This document shows, piece after piece, positions 33,544 through 45,007 of a stretch of DNA of 64,000 bases. The DNA is taken from positions 42,680-106,679 of the IMG/VR virus record IMGVR_UViG_3300028048_000092, one strand, 5' to 3'. Made by a program: the position numbers and the translations under genes. The notes below the pieces were generated by a model that had not been told where the DNA came from, made no database searches, and worked only from the letters and a program-made list of their open reading frames with translations. The number at the start of each line of letters is the position of its first letter. The first letter of the stretch is position 1. The stretch is from a virus. Taxonomy: Duplodnaviria > Caudoviricetes.

Positions 33544-35766
33544 ATGAAGAAGTATGCGGATATCGATTTGCTTCTCAGTTCTGATCCTGGCGACCCTTTT
33601 GGAAGGCATAAATAGAAGTTTAATTATCAATAGGCAGGTTCTCCTGAATAGAGGAAAAAGTTCCTGAAGATTATCGGACTGCCTGAAAAAGATATTAACT
33701 ACAAGTCTCTGACAGGGAAGTCCTTTGCTGATAGAAATAAATAGCGCTAGGAGTACCTTATGGGAACTCCCGCGCAGAGAAACGCCAACTATAAGAACTT
33801 TGTAGAGACAGTTGTTTCCAGATATCCATAGCTACAGAAAGCCTACGGTAAAGCAGGTCCTCGCTATCTTCAGCAGTTATATTCCGATATGATGACTTCT
33901 GTGGGCAGCTTAAAAGTGCAAGACCCTGATTTACCCAATACAGGAATTAAACCTACTGAGGGTATCTAGTAGGGCGGGAATTGGTGGAAAAATATAATCA
34001 AAGCCTGGTTCAATCAGCCAGATCCTAACATGACCTTAGCTCGAGTAGGAGATACAAAGGGTACTATAAAGAAGGTTCAGGATAAGCAGTTAGAGGAACA
34101 GAGGAAACATCTCAGTAAAGCCTACTAGCATGCTTAGAAAATAAAAACACTAGACCCGCAGCAGCAAATAGCCGCTTACTCAACAATGGCGCTTCCTGTA
34201 GCAGGAGCAGCAGCAACGCCTGTTGCGCTTTCTTCTAAGTTCGCGCTTCCTGTAACTAAGTTTTTGCTTAGCAATGCTGCTTATATGGCTGGTTAGAAGG
34301 CACTTAGTCTGGGAGCTGATTAGGTTTTTATGCCCACCTTTAATAATTGGACTACAGATATAAACAGTTTTGCAGACGCTATCTTATCTAAAAATTCAGA
34401 TAAGATACCTTAGAGATTTAGAGCCGATTTGGCTTCTTAGCTGGGTATTTCTGAAGATAAGCTTGACTTATCTAACCCTGATCAATATAAAGCGGCTAAG
34501 CAGCTCTTTACTTCTTCCTAGCAATCGCGTATGAAGAGTTTAGATTGGTATAGAAAAGGTAAAGAACACGCAGCTCTTATAGCTTCTACTGCAACAGGTA
34601 ATGTAAGTAATCTTGCCAGAAACGGTGGAAAAGCTTTTGGCAAGCAGGTAGTAAAAGATACTTTTCTTCCTTAGTTACTTATAACCGGAAGCCAGCTGCT
34701 GGATCCTAAAAGAACAGGTATTACTACAGGAACAGCAGCCTTGTTGATGCAGGCGGCAGAATAGCGAGGAGAAGACCCTGAAGCAGCTCTGGCCCGTTAT
34801 GGGTTTACAGAAGATGAGCAGAAAACAGCTTGGGACAGGTTTAAACAAGCACAGGCAGAAGGAAAAGGATTCCTGGACTCAGTTAAGTAGAGTGTTTCTC
34901 CAGAGGCCCCTCGATCTACAGAAGAAAAGGTTGTACAGTTTAACGCGGGTATAACTCCGAATGATTATTAGAGAATAAAAAGCGGAGAGGTTCTTACAAA
35001 CTCTCCTGTTATCAAAGCTGCAACACAACCATATGTTCCACAAGTAATAGACTTTTTACAGGGTAAAAGCTAGTTACCAGATCTAACCGCACTGTCAAAA
35101 GGTATCGGTAATAATCCTTTGGGTTAGACAGGAGCTATAGCAGCTGTTAATAATCTTATGCAGAATAAATAGGTAGTCGCTGCACTTGCCCAAGCTAAGC
35201 CGGAAACCTTGAGTAAATTTCTAACAAAGCTTCAGGAAGTTAGTAAAGGAGGGGGACTGAGAAAATTCCCGACCCTGCAAAAAGTAATGACTTAGCATGG
35301 AATCTCTTTAGCAACTTACCATGTAGATGCTTTATAGAACCTTGTTAAAGGTTAGGAAGATAATGATAAAGTGTATAATACACTGAAATCTTATATTCCT
35401 TTAGTTAAGATACTCGAAGGGTTTGGAAGCGCTAAAGATCCTAGAGTTAAATAGCTGGAGAAACGTGTAAGATCTCTTATAGGAACGAGAATGACTAAGA
35501 ATCCCTTATTCGTAAATAAAGCTATGGGACTCTGGGCATAGTTTAATGGACATCCTGATCTGGCTTCTTTCTTATCCAGTAACGGCGCCTTCTACGGAAC
35601 GCTTGCCACCGTTGGAATAGGGCTGCCTCTTACCATCTCCCTTATGAGCTCCCTTTTCGGGGGATCTAAACAGCAGCAACCTGTACAGCAAGCTCCTATG
35701 CAGGGATATCAGCCTATGGCATATGCTCCCAGGGGCATTACCGAGCGGGGCTTAGTAGTGGGGTAA
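33544..35766 (+). CDS. large helical virion/ejection-type protein (TAG=Glu, about 740 aa)
   Basis: RBS GAGGTG, ATG 33544, in-frame TAA 35764-35766; the 2.2 kb is empty in the standard track because of dense TAG. Confidence 0.65.
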
Positions 35767-35768
35767 AT

Positions 35769-36572
35769 ATGAGAACTGAAAATATCCTTTCAAAGATTTA
35801 TAGAAAATATCAGGAGAACATTAAGAGTCCTCTTGCACAGAGCCTTCTTCTGGGAGGCCTTACTGTCCCGGCTGTATATCTTACCAATAAGTTCCTCTAC
35901 AATAGAATGAGAAGGCTTGCGCAGGATCCTAGGGCAGCTATGCTCGCAGGGCTTACTCCTCAACAAGCCCAGGAATCTCTCTACTAGATGTAGAACAGCA
36001 CTTTCAATAAGCACGTTGCTCCTTGGCTTGCAGGAGCTTTAGTTGCCACTATCAGTGCAGCTCCGCATGTGGACTTCAAGTCTCCTTATTGGGGACTTAC
36101 AGAGTGGTATCCAAGATCCAGCAAGCTTCCTGAAAAAGAGACTACAGAACAGGTGAAACAGGCAACTCTTAAGAAGTATGCTTCTCTCTGGGGAGATCAG
36201 GGTTATCAGCCTACTTTCGACTTCAACTCTCCTGTGACTCAGAGAACCGCTGCTGACCTTTTCGCAAATAATCCGTATATTAGAGACGCTGAGTATGAAC
36301 GTAATCTTGGAACTTCCATTATTATGGGAGCTCCTGCATACGGAGGAGAAACTACGCTTGGTGGTATTTATGACAGTGCTGTAAATAAGTTTGACAAGAA
36401 GCTCAGCTTCTCAGGTCTTGCAGGAAGCGCTGTAAAAGGCGCCATTGCAGGAGGACTTGCAGGGATGTTTACAGATACACTGGGAGCTGTGATCGGAATG
36501 CCCGATCCGCTGAGAAGAAGTGTTGCGAACACAGTAGGTTTTGCAAAAGCTATGACTACAATTTTAGCATAA
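35769..36572 (+). CDS. hypothetical protein with Gly/Ala hydrophobic helices (TAG=Glu)
   Basis: 35769 and 36069 pieces in frame across two TAG. Confidence 0.7.
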
Positions 36573-36581
36573 GGATATAAG

Positions 36582-36884
36582 ATGGATAAAAAGACAATGA
36601 AAAAGGTTGCGATGCTGCAGAAACTTGCATGGGCTCCAGGAGGAGATTTGGTTCTTGCAGCAGCATCCGCTGTAGTAGCTGCTTCTTTCCTTGGAGGACT
36701 TGGAGTAGGTGCCGCTGCAAGCAAACTTACAGAGCCCGGTGAATATGATATGAAGAATCTGGAAAAAGAACAGGAACTTGCCAGACTCCATAGAGACAAC
36801 CAGACCCAGGAGATCCTTGCTGCACGTGAAGAAGCTGAAAGACGCATGCGTGGACAGCAGCCTAAATCCATGAGGATCGGATAA
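36582..36884 (+). CDS. hypothetical virion-associated protein
   Basis: RBS AAGGA; Gly/Ala hydrophobic helix; ends TAA. Confidence 0.7.
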   Translation: MDKKTMKKVAMLQKLAWAPGGDLVLAAASAVVAASFLGGLGVGAAASKLTEPGEYDMKNLEKEQELARLHRDNQTQEILAAREEAERRMRGQQPKSMRIG

Positions 36885-37324
36885 TGAATCCCGTTGGTCC
36901 GGATCAGGAATTCAGCTTTACACTTCCCAGGTAGAACTAGGAAGAAGTACAGAAGCCTACTGTAGATATGTCTCAGTAGATGTGGGACTACAAGAACAGA
37001 GGTATTTACCAAGGTATTCCTGTAGAGGATGAAGCCAAGGACCTTCTCGTAAACAGCGTTGATTAGCTGCAATAGGTTCTTTAGCCGAAGACCTCTGCTG
37101 TTGTCTGGACCGGATATATCTCTCCTTAGGAGGCAGACTAGAAGTATGTTAAATAGTATCAGGAGATTAAATAGAAGTAGGTCTAGGGAAGGATCTCCAT
37201 ATTGCATGAGAATACTCAGTTCTGCCCGTCCTTGAATAAGTTTTTGATTCTAATTACATATATGAACGTATAGCTGGGACTGAATCCCAGATACAAGCAC
37301 TTGAAAGAAGGTTCCAATGGCTGA
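36884..37324 (+). CDS. hypothetical protein (TAG=Glu)
   Basis: Coupled ATG, in-frame TGA at 37322-37324. Confidence 0.65.
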
Positions 37325-38366
37325 AGGAAAAGGATATCTACTGCCGGATAAAACCGTTACAGATAAATTTAGTATTCAGGGATTGCTGAATACCATAAAC
37401 CCTGCTTCAGGGCTTTACAGCTCCACTCCCGACTATGTTCCCGGGTGGCTTATCAAGTCCTTTAGCTCAGGTGGAAAAGCAGATAGCGAATATGAGCGCA
37501 ATGCAGGTCCTGCCAAAGTGGCGCATATTCTTGCCAAAGTAATTGCAGGCGGAGCTGTCTTCGGAGGAGCCGCCTGGCTGCTTCGTTCTTTTATGCACTC
37601 TCTCGATATTGATAACGTAGAGAACATCAAGGCCAGTGCCAGAGCTTCCCGCAAACTGGAAACTACAAAAGCCCGTCCCACAGATCCTGCTATTGCTTAT
37701 AAAGCGCCTACCAAACCGAAAGAACAGAAACCAGCAGAAGAACCTCTTGAAAAGAAATAGAGCTACGAGTTTGCTTTAGGAGCCATTCCTCCTCTTACAG
37801 CTATTGCGGCTATTCTTGCTTCTTTCAAGCTTGCAGACAAGACCTATGATCTGGCCCTTGGAAATAGACTGGATAAAGAACTCTCTGCAGCCAAGTCTCA
37901 GAGCCAGGACCTCGCTCTGAATCGTGTTCTCAGAAACAGAGGCATTGAACAGGCTTCCCAGGAAGATCTTGTGACAGATGCTTACGCCAATGAAATGAAA
38001 GCTAAAGCAAAAGCTCGTCCCAAGAAGAAACAGGAACAGGTTAAAGTAGCCAGCATAAACAAGAGCTAGAAAGTTATTCCTCAAGGCCTTGAATCAGCCC
38101 TCGGACTTGCTCTTGCAGCTATGTTTGTAACAGGAAGTGTTGTAGGTTTCAATTGGCACAGAGGCAACAGTGCTGCTATGGCTAAATATAAAGCGCAGAA
38201 AAGAGGACTTGAAACATACAATAAGGAAAGAGCTCTCAGCGAGAACATTGAAAGCACTCCTCTTGATCCGGAGTTTCTGGAATATCTGGATACCAATCTG
38301 CCGCAAGCCAAGAAGAATGCCCCTGCCCAGCCTGCTGAGACTTCTCTCCATGAACTTATGATTTGA
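37317..38366 (+). CDS. hypothetical virion-associated protein (TAG=Glu)
   Basis: 37317 and 38121 pieces in frame; ends TGA. Confidence 0.7.
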
Positions 38367-38373
38367 GGTTCAC

Positions 38374-39117
38374 ATGCCGGAGGCACAGACACAAGGTATC
38401 TTTAACAATGTACAGCGCCAGATGCAGGCATTTATTGCTGACATCCTGGACCAGGAAGAGCCTACTATTTACAGCGCTACTGATTACAAGACTATGCGCA
38501 AGTTGATCTTTGATAGGGTTAAGCAGTCCGTAGTAAAGCGCTTCCCGCTGTACAACAATAAATATGTACTGACAGTAGAGGATGTCGACTACGCAGATCC
38601 TGATACATATTCCTATAAAGAAGAGAAAGAAGCTATCCTTAATGGGAAATCTGTAGGAAGGAGACTTCGCGGGAAGTATGTATTGAAAGATGCCGCTACA
38701 GATAAAGTTATCTCAGAGACTCCTGTACAGACCCTGTTGTCCGTGCCCTATATGACCGACAGAGGTACCTTTATTAATTCCGGCCACGAGTACACATTCA
38801 ATAATATAATGAGACTCGAGCCGGGTGCTTATTCGAAGAAGAACAACGACGACGAGATCACCACACAGTTTAATGTGAAGAAGGGCACCGGAGCAGGTTT
38901 CAATATGCGGTTTACTCCCAGCAAGGGACTTTTTTACATTAACAGAGGCACTGCGAATGCCCCTGCTTATACTGTAATGAAGGATCTTGGAGTCACGGAC
39001 GAGCAGATGAAAGATTCCTGGGGAGAGGAACTGTTTAAAAAGAATAAGGAGTTCGGGACCACGGAGAAGGCCCGTATAGCTGCAAATAAAATTTACAATT
39101 ATGGAGGTATGCAGTGA
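38374..39117 (+). CDS. RNA polymerase beta subunit N-terminal fragment (split subunit)
   Basis: VPYMTDRGTFINSGHEY...RLEPGAY corresponds to RpoB IPLMT..GTFIING.ERV...RSPGVY; no TAG. Confidence 0.85.
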   Translation: MPEAQTQGIFNNVQRQMQAFIADILDQEEPTIYSATDYKTMRKLIFDRVKQSVVKRFPLYNNKYVLTVEDVDYADPDTYSYKEEKEAILNGKSVGRRLRGKYVLKDAATDKVISETPVQTLLSVPYMTDRGTFINSGHEYTFNNIMRLEPGAYSKKNNDDEITTQFNVKKGTGAGFNMRFTPSKGLFYINRGTANAPAYTVMKDLGVTDEQMKDSWGEELFKKNKEFGTTEKARIAANKIYNYGGMQ

Positions 39118-39299
39118 GTGTGTATGAAGGAAATGGCCTGACGATCTCTTCGGGAGACATCTATGGATCTTTTGAAGGGAAATACAAGTATGTTGGACAT
39201 GTAGAAGGCGTTGATATATCTTATACAGTGGATTTTATTCCCTCTGAAGAAGATAAAGAACGGATTGAAAGAGCTGTTAAAGAGTACAATAAAGAGTAA
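39114..39299 (+). CDS. hypothetical protein
   Basis: GTG start after GGAGG; acidic, TAG-free. Confidence 0.55.
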   Translation: MSVYEGNGLTISSGDIYGSFEGKYKYVGHVEGVDISYTVDFIPSEEDKERIERAVKEYNKE

Positions 39300-39333
39300 C
39301 TCTTGCAGTAAACAACTAATAGGAGAATTAAGT

Positions 39334-39858
39334 ATGGCTAAACTCAAACTAGCAGCACCGTGGACTATTTATTATCGGCAGATCCAGGCACTATTCAAAG
39401 AAGATCCTGAAGTGGGAGTTATCTTCGACGAAGATGCTGTGGCCCTTAAGATCTATGTCAACAATCAGACTAAGGCAGAAGCAATTGCTCACTTGCTGCC
39501 GCCAGTAGTTACTTTTGGTAATGTTAATCTGAAAATTATTGTCATTCCATCCAATACTGATGCAAAAGCAGTGGAGTTCAAGAATGATATTGATATTATC
39601 CGAGCTGCACTTGAAGGTAATGGAGCAGTAGTGAAGTTCTATCCGATTGAGTACATTTTCTCGAACAGTATGCTCTATGTTGCTTTCAAGAAGGAAGTTG
39701 TCCAGTTCTTCAATGATGATCTTTCGGATATTCGTGGTATGTGTTCTACACTCTATGCAGATATTGCCAAGGAACTCTTTGGTACGCTTAAGGGAGTATT
39801 CTTCTGTACAGATTCTGAGAATGCTGCTTTCGGGATGCCTCTGGGTGAATGGCCCTGA
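39334..39858 (+). CDS. conserved-looking phage hypothetical protein
   Basis: MAKLKLAAPW..ALFKEDPEV..KEVVQFFNDDLSD; RBS AGGAG; TAG-free; terminator follows. Confidence 0.75.
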   Translation: MAKLKLAAPWTIYYRQIQALFKEDPEVGVIFDEDAVALKIYVNNQTKAEAIAHLLPPVVTFGNVNLKIIVIPSNTDAKAVEFKNDIDIIRAALEGNGAVVKFYPIEYIFSNSMLYVAFKKEVVQFFNDDLSDIRGMCSTLYADIAKELFGTLKGVFFCTDSENAAFGMPLGEWP

Positions 39859-39984
39859 TATAATTAAATAGTAACTCTTCTTCTCCCCGTTGCTTGACCG
39901 GTTCACACTCCGGCTGCACGGGGCCTTTTTATAGTTACTTTACCTTTCCATCAATAGTAGAACACTAACAATAGGAGTGTATAT

Positions 39985-40386
39985 ATGAAGTATCAAGAAG
40001 TTTATAGGATGGTAAAGGAAGCTTCTATGAAGAAGGAAGCTGCTCCGATGCCAGGTAAGTGGCTACGGGGAGTAATGGGTAATAATCCGGGCAGTGTTAT
40101 TGGTGCCGCCCCCTTTATGACAGCTGCTTTGGGTCAGTTTCCTGGGGCAAAAAACAGTGAGCCTGTTACTATTAATGATCCTGCTTATCTGAAACTGCTT
40201 TCTTAGCAGAATAAAAGGATAAGCGAAGGAGAAGCTAATAGAGCCTTTGTAAAAGATCTTTTCACTAACGGAGCTGCAGGAGTAAGAACAGGAGGGAAGA
40301 TTGGACCTCTTATCTCCACAGGAAGAAGTCTGCTAAGCCCCTTTGTCGGACGGCAAGGAGCTCTTAAAGGACTTGGTACAAAGTAA
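39985..40386 (+). CDS. probable internal virion protein (TAG=Glu)
   Basis: MKYQEVYRMVKEASMKKEAA leader; one TAG; ends TAA. Confidence 0.7.
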
Positions 40387-40434
40387 GTTCTCCTCAGGCT
40401 CTACATGACGCATACATCTCCTAAAAGGACTTGT

Positions 40435-40779
40435 ATGCGTTTTCTTTATATTCTCTTTGTAGTTTGCTCACTTGCAGTAGTACTTTCCTGCTTCACTCCT
40501 GCAGAAGTGCCTGTATATGACTTCCCTCCTGTAGTGGATGTCACAACACCTCCTTCTGCATTGGACAAAGCAGCAGATACTGCTGTGAAGTATTAGCAGC
40601 TTGTTACACTGATAGTATATTTTCTGTCTCTTGTATTTATTATCCTGCAGACTTATAGAACCGGTAAGAGTGATGCAACTGCTGAGCATATAGCAGATGT
40701 AGCTGCATATAAGACTAAAGGACGCTTCAGGATACTGACAAGGTTCTTGAATATGCTTATAAGGGGGAAAAGAAAATGA
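40435..40779 (+). CDS. small two-TM membrane protein, holin-like (TAG=Glu)
   Basis: Two hydrophobic segments, basic C-terminus, one TAG; overlaps lipoprotein gene. Confidence 0.45.
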
Positions 40780-41006
40780 AGCTGCTTATTTCAGTAATTG
40801 CCTGCTTATTACTTGCTGGCTGTGCTTCTTCTGTAAGGAATGTAAAGAAGGTTTAGTATTATGAACCTACAAAGGCTAATGAGAAGTTCTGTAAACAACC
40901 CTCTTAGGGAGATACAGGACATGGTCCTATAAAGTCCATTGAATATGAAGTCCGTTAGATGAAGAATTATAATTTGAATATTTACAATAAGGCTATTGGA
41001 TTATGA
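40776..41006 (+). CDS. lipoprotein (TAG=Glu)
   Basis: MKLLISVIACLLLAG-C lipobox; three TAG; ends TGA. Confidence 0.7.
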
Positions 41007-41644
41007 CCTATACAGAAACATTGGAGATGATAAGGAGGGCTAATCAATGGCCTCCTCAGTAGACACAGGCATATACAGATATCAGTAACGGTATGAATAT
41101 GATGTCAAATGGCGGGGGACAAGCAGCTGCTTCGGCAGGATCTAATGGAGGACTGCTGGGAGGCTTTGGTGGATTGCTGGGAGGATTGGCTCTGGGAGGT
41201 ATTTTGCCGTCTTTGTTGGGAGGAATGAAAGGTATTGATGGCAAGCAGATAGGAAATGATGTTTATCAGGGAGTCAAGCAAGGTATTGCTAATGATATAA
41301 AGAGCGCGGGACAGACGGTTTGGAATGGAGTGAAGGCTGCATATAATAATTGGGATAATATAAAAGGTACTGCACAAGAGGGAGTGAAGTGGATCGGAGA
41401 TAAAGCAGTAGACACTGTCTCCAGCGGAGTTCAAAGTGATCTTGCTAAGCCTATAAAGACTTCCTATGATTATGCTCCAAATAATAAAAATCCACAGCCG
41501 CTTGCTGAAGCTTATCAAAAGAATCCTAATAGTGATGCCTTAAGGATCGGAAGAAGAAGGTAGCTACAAGATCAAATGGCTGCCGAAAAGAAGAGAGGCT
41601 AGTTCTGGGGATCTATAGGTTCTTTTGGTAAGGGTTGGTTCTAA
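41003..41644 (+). CDS. Gly-rich probable virion protein (TAG=Glu)
   Basis: MTYTETLEMIRRA leader, GGLLGG helix; ends TAA. Confidence 0.7.
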
Positions 41645-41652
41645 TAAAAGAA

Positions 41653-41681
41653 GGGACCAGTCGCATTTAGCGACCAGTCCC
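41653..41681. terminator. hairpin between convergent units
   Basis: GGGACCAGTCGC-attta-GCGACCAGTCCC. Confidence 0.55.
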
Positions 41682-41694
41682 CGATAGGATGGGA

Positions 41695-42018
41695 TCAAAG
41701 ACCCAGCACAATTCCCTGCGGAATCTGACTTTCTGTCTTTACAACAACATCTATGCTGGTCCCTGCGGGTAGTTCAGCCACTGTAACGGGCTGGAGATCC
41801 GAGGCCTTCATTAGAGGCACCAGCCCTCCTCCATTACAGATGAGTGAAGCCGCACTGGAGTCAGAGGAGCCCTAGGATACAATATCACAGGTAACTTGCT
41901 CTTTATTGAGCAGATTGCACATTGTGGTATAGATCCTGTAGTACTGAGCTCCCTAAGCTTTTGTAGTTGCATAGACCTGCCATCTTCCACAGTTCTTTAC
42001 AAACGGGCAGCAAGCCAT
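41695..42018 (-). CDS. hypothetical protein (TAG=Glu)
   Basis: RBS GAGGTG, MACCPFVK start, two TAG, ends TGA. Confidence 0.7.
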
Positions 42019-42065
42019 AGTGCACCTCACATTGTTACAGAGAGGGCCGAAGCCCTCTCAAAGGT

Positions 42066-42656
42066 TCACTGATTACTGCACCCGCATCCACCGCTGCAGG
42101 GAGAACAATTTGAATATGCCCTCACGCCGCAGTTAGTCACAATGGAGTTCAGTCTCTGGCTGATGCTGTCGAGAGCTGCATTGGTAGCAGCCGCGTTCAT
42201 GCCCACAACGTTCTGAGTTCTCAGAGCAGCGATCTCAGCAGCCTGATCAGCAATCTTCTGATCTTTCAGTGCATTGAATTGCGCTTCGAGAGCAGCTGTC
42301 TGATTGGCAACCTGGTTCTGCAGAGTCATGAAGGCCGTGTTGATCTCATTGTGGTTGGCGTTCGCCCGCTCCTTGATATAATCAAGGCTTGCAGCGGTTT
42401 GTCCTGATTCAACGCCTTCCTGATAACAGGTCTTGCAGTTCTGAGTTGCGCCGATGGCGGTCATGGCACTGGTGGTAGCATCGGTAGAGGCCTGGTTTAC
42501 AGCCATACCCGCCATAAAAGGAGAGTAAGGATACCCATAACCGAAGTTAGCACCCGGAGAGGTCGAACGACCTGCCCAGTAACCGAGGGCACCACCGAGA
42601 ATCGCGGAGAGCCCGACACCCCATCCCATAGGATTGGTAGCAGAATTTTCTGTCAT
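42066..42656 (-). CDS. coiled-coil protein with N-terminal TM and Cys/Gly tail
   Basis: LKDQKIADQAAEIAALRTQ...GGCGC; RBS GGAG; no TAG. Confidence 0.8.
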   Translation of the reverse strand: MTENSATNPMGWGVGLSAILGGALGYWAGRSTSPGANFGYGYPYSPFMAGMAVNQASTDATTSAMTAIGATQNCKTCYQEGVESGQTAASLDYIKERANANHNEINTAFMTLQNQVANQTAALEAQFNALKDQKIADQAAEIAALRTQNVVGMNAAATNAALDSISQRLNSIVTNCGVRAYSNCSPCSGGCGCSNQ

Positions 42657-43195
42657 TTTATTTCATCTCCGGCGTTATTGTTATGCATCACAGGGGGCAC
42701 GCCTGAATTGACCCTTCCCGTGCGCCATGGAGGCTCTTTAGACTTCTGTACCATCTTCACAGCCGGGATCCCTTTTGGCATTGTGGTTTTGGTATCCTAA
42801 GGCTTAAAGAGTCCTATTAATCTGCCCTTCTCCATGAACTAGGGCATAATCTTTGAGTGAAGCTATTTTATCTCATCCACAGAACATTCCCATCCTCTGC
42901 GCTATGCAAAGGAATTGGCAACATCTATTATAGGATATCCTGCACAATCTGCGGCGGCTATCTAGGCCTACCAGTCTTGAAAGCCCATTCTTAAACCGCT
43001 CTGATATACGTGCATGAACCTTTGCTGCTTCAAAGCTTCCTTATCTACAAGCCCTGGACCGCTCTTTATGCCGTCCATGAACTGGGAGATACACTTGCTT
43101 ACATGTTCCACAGGCTGACCGAAAACAGCTTCCAATTTAGTTTTGAACTAAGGAGAGCTGGAGAGCATGGGAACCAGGAGACCCATGATGTCCAT
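42653..43195 (-). CDS. hypothetical protein (TAG=Glu)
   Basis: RBS AGGAG; TGA overlaps next ATG. Confidence 0.65.
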
Positions 43196-43196
43196 A

Positions 43197-43538
43197 TTAT
43201 TTCTCCTAATAGTCCTTCATTAGATGGTGTGCGAAGCGGGCAGCTTCAAATTCCATTGCTTCATACATGGCGTCAGCTATATCTGCTGCGGAGCCGTGTT
43301 TGACTACCTTTGCCAGGGCGGTTTTTACATCGTCCTAGGTCTAAGGCATGCTTTCGCATTCAGCGATGCGCTTCAGATTTGTGGCTGCCTTATGCTTGTA
43401 CTAAGCACATTCCTACAGCATGCTTGAGACAGCTTTTGCCATAGATTCAAAAGCTTCCGGATGCATGTTTCTGAAAACTTTTTCAAGTTCCATCTGGGAC
43501 ACTTCGTGCATTGCCCCGTCCATTCCTTTAATCTGCAT
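43197..43538 (-). CDS. hypothetical helical protein (TAG=Glu)
   Basis: RBS GAGGTG; ends TAA. Confidence 0.65.
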
Positions 43539-43664
43539 ATATCACCTCATTAGTTTGGGCTGGATGCCCTTGTTCATATGCAGCTTAGTAAGTAGTCACA
43601 GTATTGTCCAGTTTTTACGGGAAGTGACTACTTAGACGGAATGCACTAGATAAAAGGAAAATAT

Positions 43665-44888
43665 ATGCTTACATATAAAAAAGTGCTGAAAAAGAAGGCT
43701 TATGGCTAGCAGGCAGCTGCTTATGAAGCACGTAAAAGGCAGTTCCCTTATATGGATGCCCTTCCATCAGGCAGCTTATTTAAATCTACACCAAGAGAAT
43801 AGAATCTTGATTATATTGCACACAGCCTCGCCAGCGCACAAGCGGAACATTATCCTGGCATATGGAAGGGTTTGAAGCACGATTATGCCTTCGCTACTTC
43901 TCCTTACCATGATATGAAACCTACTCCACGCTCTTTTAATTCTCTTTATAGAGAAGCATACGGAGATTTTGGTCCTTAGTGGTTAAAAAGATTTCAGTAG
44001 AGGGTAAAGAATAACAAACAAAGAGCCTCTCAAATATATACACCTGAGTCCGTAGAAGCTTTTTCTAAGTACTTTAATCCTAATAATCTTGTAGATACGT
44101 ATCCCGCATGGGGACCTACACAAGCTTCTTATCATAGATACTCCGATATGTTGATGCTGCCAGATAAGAACTTTAGAAATTACTGGCATTATGACGAGCA
44201 AGCAATGGGTCCGAATAAGCAAGGCCAGCCACAAAAAGGTTATGTCTCCGATATTACTTATACAGGTAACGACCCAGGTACTGTAAATCCATTTTTAAAA
44301 CAAATCTATAGAAACAGGCCTGAGGCAGCTTAGAATATAAAGCAAATGAAAGCGCATGAAACGAACCATGCCTTAGCTGCAGGTACACATCCTTCTAATA
44401 AAGTAAGATTGAATCTTAAACAGGATTATCAATATCAGCTTCCGGGAATAGATCCTTATGCTACTAATACAGCAGAGATAAATCAGGCAGCTATGTCTGC
44501 AAATCAAGGAAGGAACTATATGAAATGGAAGCTTAAGAAGGAAGGACCTCAGGCATACCCTCGAATGGACTTCCTTACTTATAACAAGCTTATGATAACT
44601 CCTTCTTATTTTGATAAAAATCAGTTAAGGGATTTTCATGGAACTTTAAAGGGCAATCAGCAACTTTTTAAAGATCTTCCTATGGAAGCGAAAAGATTCT
44701 ATAAAAATTATAATAATGTACAGGAAGGTGCGGCTTGGTAGGCAAATAAGCCAGAGAATATAATAAAAGACAGTCTTAGTTCTCTGGGAGGAGGCTGGTA
44801 CAGGAATAATATATAGCCGAAAACCGATTTCTTTCACAGGCCATATCGCTATGCTTTGAATCAGTTCTAGAAACACAGCTTACTCTGA
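43665..44888 (+). CDS. probable virion protein with HExxH motif (TAG=Glu, 407 aa)
   Basis: MLTYKKVLKKKA leader; AHETNHA..AEINQA; terminator hairpin 44893-44920. Confidence 0.65.
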
Positions 44889-45007
44889 GTATAAAGCCCT
44901 CCCTTCCCAGAGGGCTTTTTCTTTATATCCTTCCTTACTGACAGTAGACTATTTCTGACGCACTCCTCTAATAGAAAATAAGGGACCTACATAAGGAAGG
45001 ATTTTTC

